Shown one piece after another: positions 1-9,517 of a stretch of 45,214 nucleotides of DNA (the stretch's first letter is position 1; every line of letters starts with the position of its first letter). The notes beneath the pieces are model-generated. The model was given only the letters and a program-made list of their open reading frames with translations. It was not told where the DNA came from and searched no databases. The position numbers were made by a program, and so were the translations under genes. Where the stretch lies: sequence record SRR16203515_1160. One strand, written 5' to 3'.

Positions 1-897
1 CCACTGTTATCGCGTATTAAATCACGTCTTGATCAGACGTTGCCTATTGGTAACGAAGGTGCAGGAACCGTAGTTGCTGCCGGTGACAGCCCAGAGGCTC
101 AGGCGCTTATGGGCAAAACCGTGTCTATTCTGACTGGTGCAGCTTATACAGAATACGCGTGTGTGCCTATTCAAACGTGCTTGCCGCATTTAAAAGGCAC
201 CACGGCGCAACAAGCAGCCTCATCATTTGTAAACCCGTTAACGGCACTTGGTATGGTGGAGACCATGCGTATGGAAGGGCATAAAGCATTGGTGCACACC
301 GCGGCGGCGTCTAACTTGGGACAAATGCTCAATAAAATTTGCCTAGAGCAAGGCGTAGACTTAGTTAACATCGTGCGCAGTCAGCAGCAGGTGGATATCT
401 TAAAAGGAATAGGCGCTAAAATTGTGCTTGATTCCAGCAGTGAAAACTTTAAAGCAGAGCTTTATCAAGCTATTGATAAAACAGGCGCTACCTTGGCCTT
501 CGATGCAATTGGCGGTGGCGAACTAGTAAGCGACATTCTTACCATGATGGAAGCATCAGGCAGTAAAGATGCCAAAGGCTTCAATACCTATGGCTCTGAC
601 AGCAATAAGCAAGTGTATATCTATGGTGGCCTAGATTTTTCTCCCACTATTTTAAACCGGGCTTATGGTATGACATGGGGGATAGGTGGTTGGTTGCTTA
701 TGCGCTTTTTGGGCAAACTAGATAAACAGCGTGTAGGTGAGCTTTATCAGAAGGTTGCCACTGAAATAAACACCACGTTTGCCTCTTCCTATACGAAAGA
801 GCTAAGCCTCCAAGACGCACTTCAACCTGAAAATGTTGCCCTATACAATGCGAAGAAAACGGGCGAGAAGTACCTAATCGTTCCAAATAAACAGTAG
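1..897 (+). CDS. Medium-chain (zinc-binding dehydrogenase superfamily) NAD(P)H oxidoreductase, 5'-truncated by the window
   Basis: Frame 1 is open from base 1 (PLLSRIKSRLDQTLPIGNEGAG...), so the true start lies upstream. It has the G-x-E-G-x-G motif, 'FVNPLTALGM' and 'TAAASNLGQM' nucleotide-binding segments typical of quinone-reductase-like MDRs. Confidence 0.85.
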   Translation, partial: PLLSRIKSRLDQTLPIGNEGAGTVVAAGDSPEAQALMGKTVSILTGAAYTEYACVPIQTCLPHLKGTTAQQAASSFVNPLTALGMVETMRMEGHKALVHTAAASNLGQMLNKICLEQGVDLVNIVRSQQQVDILKGIGAKIVLDSSSENFKAELYQAIDKTGATLAFDAIGGGELVSDILTMMEASGSKDAKGFNTYGSDSNKQVYIYGGLDFSPTILNRAYGMTWGIGGWLLMRFLGKLDKQRVGELYQKVATEINTTFASSYTKELSLQDALQPENVALYNAKKTGEKYLIVPNKQ

Positions 898-903
898 CAA
901 ACT

Positions 904-945
904 AAAAGAGGGCAGAGTTCATTAACGAGATTAGGTATTCTGCCC
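904..945 (-). terminator. Probable intrinsic terminator between convergent genes
   Basis: GGGCAGA...TCTGCCC inverted repeat, followed by TCTTTT on the minus strand. The loop is long. Confidence 0.45.
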
Positions 946-951
946 CCATTG

Positions 952-1626
952 TTACAGAAAGCTGGCTATTTCGTCGAGTGATTTTTTCTGCCTAGCGTGG
1001 GCAGGAATGGTTGCATCATCGGCAGGATAGCCTGCTATTATCAGCATATAGGCCCGTTCGTTATCCGGGCGTTTACAGACATCGGTTAAAAAGTTCATTG
1101 GCTTGGGCGTGTGGGTTAACGTGGCTAGGCCGGCATTATGTAATGCGGTTATTAGCATGCCAACAGCAATACCTACCGATTCATGAACGTAGTAATTCTG
1201 GCGTTTTTCTCCGCCCTCTGTTTCACCGAATTTTTGACTAAATACGGCAATAAGCCAAGGAGCTAGCTCTAAGTAGGGTTTACTGGCATCGGTGCCTAAC
1301 GGTTTGAGGTCGTCTAGCCATTGTTGCCCGGCACGTCCATCATAAAAACCACGTTCGTGGGCTTCGGCTTGCGCGCGTATTTGTTGTTTTACCGACTGAG
1401 AGCTAATTGCAGAAAAATGCCACGGCTGGTGGTTAGCGCCGCTCGGTGCAGTACCTGCAGTTAGAATACATTTTTCAATAATCGCTTTGTCTACTGGCCG
1501 CTCGCTAAAATGGCGAATACTGTGCCGACGTTGCATGTTTTGTAGGAAGTCGGTACTTAGTGTCAGCATTTTTTGTTCGGGGTATTCGATAAAGTCGTCT
1601 AGCGGTACTTGGTCGTGAGGTTGCAT
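952..1626 (-). CDS. Nitroreductase-superfamily flavoprotein, iodotyrosine deiodinase (IYD)-like
   Basis: RRHSIRHF FMN-phosphate motif, AGTAPSGANHQPWHF, lid segment ERGFY...WLDDLKPLGTDASKPYLE..P and THTP, all matching the IYD subfamily pattern. Confidence 0.85.
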   Translation of the reverse strand: MQPHDQVPLDDFIEYPEQKMLTLSTDFLQNMQRRHSIRHFSERPVDKAIIEKCILTAGTAPSGANHQPWHFSAISSQSVKQQIRAQAEAHERGFYDGRAGQQWLDDLKPLGTDASKPYLELAPWLIAVFSQKFGETEGGEKRQNYYVHESVGIAVGMLITALHNAGLATLTHTPKPMNFLTDVCKRPDNERAYMLIIAGYPADDATIPAHARQKKSLDEIASFL

Positions 1627-1683
1627 TTTTAGTCTCGTTTTTTCGTCACGTTGTAGTCTCGTTGCCTTTAAGCGCGGCCCAGT

Positions 1684-1986
1684 TTAGGGGGCTTCAGTGG
1701 TAAACACCAAATGTCTGCGCTTGTCTCTTAATATAACCCCTTTTTTAAGTAATGCGGCGCTTAAGCGTTTCTGCCACTTTTTCACCTCTGGCTCTGCGGC
1801 AGATAAGGCCTGTTCGCTTTCAAACTGAAAACGTAACAGTAGCGAACTTGGAAATTGATGATATTGCACGTCAAACCAACATTGCACCATGCCAGGAATT
1901 TCGTCGCGAGCCTCGGCTTCTAATGTATCGGCAACACTAAATACCAATGCCTGTTGTTTTGCTTGAACCGCTGAGAGCTTTTTCAT
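1684..1986 (-). CDS. Hypothetical protein, translationally coupled to yaeQ
   Basis: 100-aa ORF whose ATG overlaps the yaeQ TAA (TAATG) at 1986. Confidence 0.7.
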   Translation of the reverse strand: MKKLSAVQAKQQALVFSVADTLEAEARDEIPGMVQCWFDVQYHQFPSSLLLRFQFESEQALSAAEPEVKKWQKRLSAALLKKGVILRDKRRHLVFTTEAP

Positions 1987-2534
1987 TACAAGTGTTTCTC
2001 TATGGCAATTTCTATACTTTCGGTCGTGTCAGCGCCTTCAATAGTTAACCATATTTGGCCGTCTTGCACAGTTACTTGAATCTGCATGGAGCGCTGTACC
2101 GCATTTGCCAGAGTGGTTGATAGCGCTTCTGGCAAGGTAAATACGGATAAGTTGTTTCTGGTCTTTAACTTGTTTTGTTCTTTCTTCCACCAAGCATCGA
2201 AGCTGTTATCCGCATAAGCATAAATCATCATCTGTTGGCTCTGATTACAGCCTTTTTTAATACGTTGCTCAGACGGTTGCCCTAGCTCTATCCATAACTC
2301 AATTTCATCGCTAAAGCTTTTTTGCCAAAGGTCTGGCACGTCATCATCGGATAAGCCCTTGGTAAACTGTAGTCGCTCGTGGGCATTAACAATAAAAGCA
2401 ATGATGCGCAGCATCATGCGCTCGTCATTTTCAGAAGGGTGGCGAGCAATAGTAAGGTTATGGTCGTTGTAGTAGTTGCGGTCCATATCGGTAATGGATA
2501 TGTCAGCTTTAAAAATGGTCGCTTTAAGTGCCAT
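1986..2534 (-). CDS. yaeQ: YaeQ family protein
   Basis: MALKATIFKA...DMDRNYY...TIARHPSENDERMMLR...GLS..D.PDLW...LWIELGQP signature. Confidence 0.95.
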   Translation of the reverse strand: MALKATIFKADISITDMDRNYYNDHNLTIARHPSENDERMMLRIIAFIVNAHERLQFTKGLSDDDVPDLWQKSFSDEIELWIELGQPSEQRIKKGCNQSQQMMIYAYADNSFDAWWKKEQNKLKTRNNLSVFTLPEALSTTLANAVQRSMQIQVTVQDGQIWLTIEGADTTESIEIAIEKHL

Positions 2535-2842
2535 GATAGTCCTGATGTATATGTAGGGCGTTTGCTATCCCCGCTATGCACTAAGGCGAAAAGGCACCTT
2601 AGTAATTATGCGTAATATATTAACAGCTAAAAGCACCTTACGCCCTTAACTCGCGCGAAAAAATCACCAAAGCGAAGAGGTCAATGGCGGGGCATTACGT
2701 GGTAAATCTTAAAGACGCCTAGCAGTTAATAATACTTATACTCACCTAACGTGAGTAACCTACGCGCAACTAGCAAACCAGCCATATCTTCTCGTTGCGC
2801 GTTTGTAAAAAGGGAATTTTTCTGGGTAGGGAAGAACGCAGA

Positions 2843-3754
2843 TTAATCTATTGGCGTATCGACTATCACCTCATTTTTGCCGTTTTGCTTGGCGGTATAC
2901 AGCCGTTGATCTGCCCGCTTAATCGCATCTTGGTAGTTTCTGTCGTTCGGTTTGAAAGAAGCCACGCCTACACTTATCCCCAGAGATGTTGACGGGTGGA
3001 AAAGCGCCTGTGCCTGGTTTGTAAAACGCTGGTGAAGGCGTTTTGCTAGCGCGTAAGCATGCTCAGGTTCGGTGTTCGGCAACACAAGCACAAACTCATC
3101 GCCACCAAAGCGACACGCAATATCCGGCTCACGAAGCTCTGCGCGGCACACATCGGCTAACATAATTAATACCTTATCACCCATGTCGTGACCATCTCGA
3201 TCGTTAATAAGTTTGAAGTTATCCAAGTCAAGCATCAGCAAGGACGTCGGTGTCTTATAGCGTTCAAAATGACTAAAGTGCAACGACATTGTACGGTTTA
3301 ATTTGCGCCTATTATGTAAGCCTGTCAGAGGATCGGTATCGCTTAAGTTGCGTAAGGATATTTCTAACTGGTGGCGTTCAGAAATGTTGCTGGCTACCCA
3401 AAGCACAACGGGCTCATCGTCCACTTTAAAGTCTAGCCGTTGTATACGCCCTTCAAACCAAACTGGCGTATCGGGCCCTGGTGGGGGAATACCGCTGATA
3501 TCACTGCGCGATAGCTCATACTCTTCAATTAACATAGTAGAAGATTCTAAGGCAGCCCCTATCTTCTCTAAAAACCACTGTGCTTTTTCAGGCTTCACCA
3601 CATCTTGAATGTACTGGCCTACTAAAGAGCTCGAGTCGTGATAATAGCGGGTATCGCGCCCTCCTAATATCGCAACGTACTTGCCACTGCGAGAAAGAAC
3701 AAATACAGGATCCGGTAAGGTATCAAGTACTTGTTTTAACTGTTTCATGTCCAT
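2843..3754 (-). CDS. PAS-sensor diguanylate cyclase
   Basis: N-terminal PAS-like (LPDPVFVL...G.Y); TDPLTGLHNRR, DLDNFK.IND..GH..GD and RFGGDEF; intact RxxD I-site (REPD) five residues before GGDEF. Confidence 0.93.
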   Translation of the reverse strand: MDMKQLKQVLDTLPDPVFVLSRSGKYVAILGGRDTRYYHDSSSLVGQYIQDVVKPEKAQWFLEKIGAALESSTMLIEEYELSRSDISGIPPPGPDTPVWFEGRIQRLDFKVDDEPVVLWVASNISERHQLEISLRNLSDTDPLTGLHNRRKLNRTMSLHFSHFERYKTPTSLLMLDLDNFKLINDRDGHDMGDKVLIMLADVCRAELREPDIACRFGGDEFVLVLPNTEPEHAYALAKRLHQRFTNQAQALFHPSTSLGISVGVASFKPNDRNYQDAIKRADQRLYTAKQNGKNEVIVDTPID

Positions 3755-4188
3755 ATTAACGCTTCCATTTCTTACGCACGGGCGCCCGTACTTGAGCTAA
3801 TACTAAGCGCTGAATAATTTATATACAAGGCGATTGAGCAGTTAAAAAAATCACTGGCGCTGCTAATGCAGTGTTTATACCTACATCTAAGCAAAGTAGG
3901 ATCATTGAAAATGGTAACAGCAACTAAACTCTGTTCGTGTCCGCCCTTTTTTGAGGCGCAGCGATGGCAAGAAATTCTCGGCGCGACGGGGGATTTACTG
4001 CGCCTAACCTGCGTTTATGAGGATGTTCAGCTATGCTGTAAATTGAACACTCACCCGAGTAACCTTTGACCACACTTTGGCAGTGTATATAGTCGGCATT
4101 AGAGCAGGTCATTGTGATTGACAGCAGTTAACACAAAACCCGTCGATCGATGATTCTATGAAGATTTGATCACACAACGGGCGCGCTA

Positions 4189-6492
4189 ATGGATTCCCCA
4201 ATGTTGAAAGAGAAAGCTTTTACCGCCGCGGTACCTTATGCTGGGAAGTGTTGGCTGCTATATGCAAAGCCTGAGCATGGAAGTGCCAAATGGCTATCTG
4301 AAGTTTCTGTGGGAAGATATGTATTTTGGCTACATGGCACAGATGCACACACTAAGTCTATGCAAGCTGGTGATACGGCCATAATATATATTGCAGCTGA
4401 AAAGCAGAGTACCGGTCATATCCATTGCCTAGGTGTTATTCCCTTTGTCCGAAAACCGTTTATCTATGACAAAATACGAGAAAGGCAACGGATCCCCGTG
4501 ATGATAACTCACGATTTTCGTGAGTCGCCCATCAATTGGCAGGTCTTAGTTGACCGTGCAAACAAACAGTTAGATGCATCCGAAGCGTTTGATGCTAAGT
4601 TAAATCCAACCAGTGGCACGGGGGCCGTGCACAGTGTCGCTGACCCCATTGAACGAGCCTTATCTGAGTATACTGGTGTCAAACTGCCGTTATCCCAACA
4701 AAAAGACCAGTTTGATGCACAACAGCTTTGGGGCGACATACTGACCTACGGTGAGCGCTTTATTGTCTTTTCTTCCTACGTCACGGCGGCGCAAAGACGT
4801 AAAGGTGAGGCTCACTCCCTACCCCCTATTAGTTCCGTAGAGGCGTTTTTATCGTTAGCCAATGAAGCACTTAACGAATGGCCTGAATCGCCACCACAAG
4901 ATGATCCGGCGCCTTCAAAAAAAGACGTCGTTGACAAGTATGCGCACCCTTTAGATGATAAGGAGTCGATTGACGATCACCTCAATCGAGGCCATATTAT
5001 TCAAAGCCTCCAAGCCATCATTCTGCGGGACAAAGACAAAATTAATGTCACGCCAGAAAAACTAAATACTAACCATTTAATCATTGGATTGTTTGGTGAC
5101 TGGGGAAGCGGAAAAAGTACGATCATTAATCAATTAGAAGACAGGCTAACGTCGGGTAATTTAGTTGAGGTTATAAAGTTCAATGCTTGGCGAGAGTCAC
5201 ATAGCAGCCATATGTCGGCTTCTCTCACCCACCATATTATTAACTCACTGTTTGAAAAGCTGACTTACTTTCCACGTACACTATTAACTGTGTTGAGTTG
5301 GCGAAAAATAAATCGTAAGAAAATTGGAGCAGACTTACTGTTTTCGCTCCTATTTTTACTAATGTGCGTTTTCATTATGGCGCTTACTATTGGCCAAAGC
5401 GATGCAACCGTACTCGCCAATATTTTACTTCCAGCGAGTGCTGTGGGGATTATTGGTTCGCTTGTTTTTTATGCAAAAAAGCTGCTTGGCGCCAACTATC
5501 TAATATCTAACTTAAGACAAGCCACAGCTCAGCCTAGCTTTGATAAGCATATTGGCATTGGCTATGCGATGAAAGAATCTTTAGATGCAGTTTTATCTTT
5601 ATACAACAAAGATGCTAGGCACATATGGAATACTCGCCAAGCCAAATCGCACAAATACGTAATTGTGATTGATGATCTAGACCGGTGTTCAGATAGGGTT
5701 ATAGTGCAAACACTGGAGGCAGCCCAACTTATCGTAGATGTTAATAATGTTACCGTCATCTTCGCAGTAGATTTCAAGATTCTAATAAAAGCAGTGGCGA
5801 ATAAGTACATTAAACAACTTGAGCAGGTAGATGCGTTTGAATCGCTGGCATTGGCTAGACAATATCTGGGTAAGTTGTTTCAAGTCACTATTTCTCTCTC
5901 AGATCCCAACAAAGCAGCCTTGGAATGTTTCGTACGTAAGCGTATCTATGCGTTAGCTGACAATCCAGACGAAGACCCACAAGAACACAAGGTACCAGAG
6001 GAAGGTGCTAGAGAGGCGGAAGCGACTATGAATACTAATAGAAATGAGGCGACTCAGGGATACACTAACCCGATAAACACAGGGAAAAGGAATATAGATA
6101 GTAACGACTTTTTGGCCACTAACGAATATGAATACCATGACTTTTTGGCCTGCGCAGAGGCTTTTTCACTGAGAAACCCTAGAAGCTTGGTACGCTTGTT
6201 TAATGTTATTGCTTTTTCAAAGTCCAGTGAACCTCTACTCACAGATGATGAGGAAGCGCTTAAACTAATGATGTTCATCGCGTTTTATTGGGAAAACATG
6301 ACCGCAAGTGCAGAACACGTGTGTGAGGCGAAAGACGTATTTGCAGCTGCAAATGCATTTATTGATAAAGCATCGCGTCACCCATTAGCTCAAACGTATG
6401 GTGTGGAAACAGCGGAATTAGAGACCGTCGAAATACTTCTGAACGTATTAAAAACCTATGCCATGCCAATATATGAATTACCAGCGAAGTAA
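4189..6492 (+). CDS. KAP-family P-loop NTPase with two TM helices and an N-terminal EVE/PUA-like domain
   Basis: Walker A GLFGDWGSGKST (~5086-5121), FNAW motif, two hydrophobic helices (~5323-5476) inserted before Walker B YVIVIDDLDRC (~5656-5688), YLGKLFQV and NPRSLVRLFN are all KAP hallmarks. The start could alternatively be the ATG at 4201. Confidence 0.88.
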   Translation: MDSPMLKEKAFTAAVPYAGKCWLLYAKPEHGSAKWLSEVSVGRYVFWLHGTDAHTKSMQAGDTAIIYIAAEKQSTGHIHCLGVIPFVRKPFIYDKIRERQRIPVMITHDFRESPINWQVLVDRANKQLDASEAFDAKLNPTSGTGAVHSVADPIERALSEYTGVKLPLSQQKDQFDAQQLWGDILTYGERFIVFSSYVTAAQRRKGEAHSLPPISSVEAFLSLANEALNEWPESPPQDDPAPSKKDVVDKYAHPLDDKESIDDHLNRGHIIQSLQAIILRDKDKINVTPEKLNTNHLIIGLFGDWGSGKSTIINQLEDRLTSGNLVEVIKFNAWRESHSSHMSASLTHHIINSLFEKLTYFPRTLLTVLSWRKINRKKIGADLLFSLLFLLMCVFIMALTIGQSDATVLANILLPASAVGIIGSLVFYAKKLLGANYLISNLRQATAQPSFDKHIGIGYAMKESLDAVLSLYNKDARHIWNTRQAKSHKYVIVIDDLDRCSDRVIVQTLEAAQLIVDVNNVTVIFAVDFKILIKAVANKYIKQLEQVDAFESLALARQYLGKLFQVTISLSDPNKAALECFVRKRIYALADNPDEDPQEHKVPEEGAREAEATMNTNRNEATQGYTNPINTGKRNIDSNDFLATNEYEYHDFLACAEAFSLRNPRSLVRLFNVIAFSKSSEPLLTDDEEALKLMMFIAFYWENMTASAEHVCEAKDVFAAANAFIDKASRHPLAQTYGVETAELETVEILLNVLKTYAMPIYELPAK

Positions 6493-6607
6493 CGCGTTAA
6501 GTCCATTTTATGGAATATGACGAAGCAGCTTTTCTTAGTAAGTAAAAGTCAATGTGAATAGGCGTTAAGCAGCAAGTTTGATAACACACGTGTTGAAGAA
6601 ATTTGAA

Positions 6608-6636
6608 TTGCACCTTTCATTAAATGTTAATAGTCT
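6608..6636 (+). promoter_or_regulatory. Putative sigma70 promoter for the 4-TM gene
   Basis: TTGCAC-17 bp-TAGTCT about 30 bp upstream of the ATG at 6667. Confidence 0.5.
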
Positions 6637-6666
6637 AGCACTCTAATAATAAAACACGGACTTGTT

Positions 6667-7107
6667 ATGGATTTAAACGCGGCTCACATGGTGCTCAGCC
6701 AACTTGCTAACATATGTACTTACCTCGGCGGGTTTTCTCTTGTTTTCTTAGGTGCGATAATCACCATGGCGGGTGAAAAATCTCGCGCTGCGCAACTCGT
6801 CATTATTGCCTCAGCATTAGCGTCCTGTTGCTTTGTATTAAGTGCCGTGGGCTGGGGGATTTTACAGCTCAATGCCGTGGTTCCCGTGGGCGAGGTTGAT
6901 TCCCGCGAGCTTTTAGAAATTCTATTTGGCACGCGCCATAAACTATTTTCAATGCTTTATTTAGTAGGACAATTCAGTTTGTTTCTATGTATTGGTGCTA
7001 GCGGGTATCTCCACTCTCATCGCGTCGGTTACGTTACTATGACTATAGGCGTCATGGGCTTTCTTGTTATGGGGTATGTCTTAATGCCATACGTTACGTT
7101 TAACTAG
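6667..7107 (+). CDS. Hypothetical four-transmembrane-helix protein
   Basis: 146 aa with four clear hydrophobic segments; GGA RBS upstream. Confidence 0.75.
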   Translation: MDLNAAHMVLSQLANICTYLGGFSLVFLGAIITMAGEKSRAAQLVIIASALASCCFVLSAVGWGILQLNAVVPVGEVDSRELLEILFGTRHKLFSMLYLVGQFSLFLCIGASGYLHSHRVGYVTMTIGVMGFLVMGYVLMPYVTFN

Positions 7108-7276
7108 CGAAGCTAGCCTCGTCGGGATTTACCTGCTGTATTAGCGTACCGCACGGTAAAAATGCGGGAAAACGTTGCCCTATTTTTCGCTCAGTGTTTA
7201 GGGGTAACTCTTCATTTTTTGTTAATCATAAGCAGTACATAGTAAATGGGTCATCACAACCTATCGGAGTTTTATT

Positions 7277-9355
7277 GTGAAGCGTACCCTTTTATCTCTA
7301 AGCTTAATCGCGTCTGGTTTGGCATGTACAAGCATGGCTAATGCTGATGCCCTCATCGGTCCTAAACTATCCGAATCGTTAGCCTCGCAAACAGGCGTAT
7401 TTAACGTAATAGTGTCAACTAACGAACAGCAGCAAATTGACTCAATTTTACAATCGCTGAACGTTCCTTATCGTGCATTACAAACACTGCCTATGGCGGG
7501 TGCAACGCTAACCAAAGGGCAAATTGAAGCCTTAGCGACCAACCCCGCAGTTACCAGTATTTATGCCAATGCGCCATTGGAATATAAAAACTATACATCA
7601 GGTCAAATCACTGGCGGTCACTTCGTTCAAGATGAGTATAAGGTGACAGGCTTAGGTGTGACTATTGCTGTACTCGATTCTGGCGTAGATGCCACTCACC
7701 CAGACCTTGAACTAGGCAGTAAAACCGTTGAAAACGTGAAAATTCTTGGCGACTTGGATTTAGCCGGTGGTCGCAGCGCCTTTATTGAAGGCGTGCCAAA
7801 TAGTGATACCAGTTCAGGACACGGAACTCACGTAGCAGGTACCGTAGGGGGTACAGGGGCGGTATCAGCGAATGATGAGCGCCGTGCTAATTACCATGCG
7901 GGTATTGCACCCGATGCCAATATTGTTGGGCTAGGAGCCGGTGAAGGGGTATCTATTTTGTATGCCTTGCTTGGCTTTGACTATGCTATTGCCAACCAAG
8001 ACCGACTCGATATTGATATTATCACTAACAGCTGGGGCGGGGGTGACGGTGCTTCTTTTGATCCAAACAACCCAATTAATAAAGCGTCGTTTGAGGCCTA
8101 TAAAAATGGCATGGTGGTAAGTTTTGCCGCATCAAACTCAGGTCCGGACGAAGACACACTCAATCAATATGCCATTGCCCCTTGGGTAATAAACGTAGCG
8201 GCGGGTACCAGCGAGAAGCTATTGGCTGATTTTTCAAGTCGTGGTGTGGCCGATACAGAGTATAAGCTCCCTGATATTACCGCACCTGGACAGAACATTA
8301 CCTCTACCCGAGCGCCTAATACGGCCATCGGCGCTATGGGCCCTGTTATTGACCCTGCTCACCCAGAATATTTAGCCTATTACCACACTATCAGTGGTAC
8401 CTCTATGGCTACGCCTTTTGTGGCTGGTGTAGCGGCGCTACTATTAGAAGTAAATCCGCAGTTATCGCCTGATCAGATAGAGCAAATACTTAAGGATACA
8501 GCAGATCCTATGCCGGGCTATGCGCCACATGAAGTGGGCGCAGGTTATATTAATGTGCGTGCAGCCGTTGAATTGGCTGATGAAACCCTAGGTAATCGCG
8601 GCGACTTCATGACCGGTAATACGGTATGGGCGAGTCAAGGCAGCTGGACAGAAGTAGATAACACTAGTGAGCTAATTGCTTATGCTGGAAAGTGGAAGCA
8701 GGACAACGAAGATGAAGCCTATGGCGGCGATGTAAGTAAGAGCAAATATGCCCACTCTTCGTTTTCAACCTCGGTACGAGGCGATCGCGTTCGTCTACAT
8801 TTCTTGGTTGAAGATAATGATGAACCAGCATCAGTAGAGCTGATCTCTGATGGTGTTTCTATGGGCACGGCAACGGTTTACAGTAGCACGGCGTCTAAAA
8901 ACAACCCTGAAGATGTCGTTGTTGCTTTCGATGACTTAGGTGAAGGTTTACATAGTCTCGAAGTGAGAATGCTAAATAAAGGTATGCAGTTTGACCGCTT
9001 AGATGTGGACGGCGCAGCAGTAGGCAGCGATGTGACATATAGTGAGCGTGAGCAAGTAGACTCAGGTACTATGGGCGTGTCAGCTGAAAACCTAGAAGTG
9101 CAAGACTTCCCACTCGAAATTACTGACAACGATGTAAGTGTTACTGCTACATTGAGTTGGACAGGGGTTGCCGATTTAGACTTCTTTTTAGTCGACCCTA
9201 ACGGTGATGAAGTTGCCTCAAGCGCGTCATTAGAGAACCCTGAAGTGATTCAGTATCTGACGGATGAGCCGGGTACCTATTTACTGCGCGTGACTGGTTA
9301 TATCAGCGTAGTCACCCCGTTTGAAATAAACAGCAGTATTACCACAGCGAATTAA
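7277..9355 (+). CDS. Secreted S8 (subtilase) serine peptidase with C-terminal beta-sandwich/PPC-like domains
   Basis: Signal peptide (..SMANA-D); catalytic VLDSG, GHGTHVAG and SGTSMATP; C-terminal 'ATLSW.G.ADLDFFL.DP.G...PGTY.LRV.GY' PPC pattern; GTG start with GGAG RBS. Confidence 0.93.
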   Translation: MKRTLLSLSLIASGLACTSMANADALIGPKLSESLASQTGVFNVIVSTNEQQQIDSILQSLNVPYRALQTLPMAGATLTKGQIEALATNPAVTSIYANAPLEYKNYTSGQITGGHFVQDEYKVTGLGVTIAVLDSGVDATHPDLELGSKTVENVKILGDLDLAGGRSAFIEGVPNSDTSSGHGTHVAGTVGGTGAVSANDERRANYHAGIAPDANIVGLGAGEGVSILYALLGFDYAIANQDRLDIDIITNSWGGGDGASFDPNNPINKASFEAYKNGMVVSFAASNSGPDEDTLNQYAIAPWVINVAAGTSEKLLADFSSRGVADTEYKLPDITAPGQNITSTRAPNTAIGAMGPVIDPAHPEYLAYYHTISGTSMATPFVAGVAALLLEVNPQLSPDQIEQILKDTADPMPGYAPHEVGAGYINVRAAVELADETLGNRGDFMTGNTVWASQGSWTEVDNTSELIAYAGKWKQDNEDEAYGGDVSKSKYAHSSFSTSVRGDRVRLHFLVEDNDEPASVELISDGVSMGTATVYSSTASKNNPEDVVVAFDDLGEGLHSLEVRMLNKGMQFDRLDVDGAAVGSDVTYSEREQVDSGTMGVSAENLEVQDFPLEITDNDVSVTATLSWTGVADLDFFLVDPNGDEVASSASLENPEVIQYLTDEPGTYLLRVTGYISVVTPFEINSSITTAN

Positions 9356-9378
9356 TTCGTAACCAAGCTCCCTTTATT

Positions 9379-9404
9379 AGCCCGCACATGCTGCGGGCTT
9401 TTTT
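9379..9404 (+). terminator. Rho-independent terminator of the S8 peptidase gene
   Basis: AGCCCGCA-catgc-TGCGGGCT followed by a T-run. Confidence 0.85.
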
Positions 9405-9517
9405 CTGACCCATACTAGAGGCTTTAGGCATCAAGTGGCACTTAATACCCCATTTACTCTTTCCAGCGCTTTATCAGGCGAAAAATCTAACTGCTGCTCT
9501 TCTATTTGAATAGCTTT

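Noticed and set aside
3866-4112. Small ORFs (67 aa +, 62 aa -) upstream of the KAP gene as accessory genes or antitoxins
   Set aside because: They have no convincing RBS or protein-like motifs and overlap each other; the region is more likely a divergent promoter.
6667-7107. 4-TM protein as the effector partner of the EVE-like-KAP NTPase
   Set aside because: It lies 174 bp downstream and has its own plausible sigma70 promoter (6608-6636). There is no translational coupling, so partnership is unsupported without co-occurrence data.
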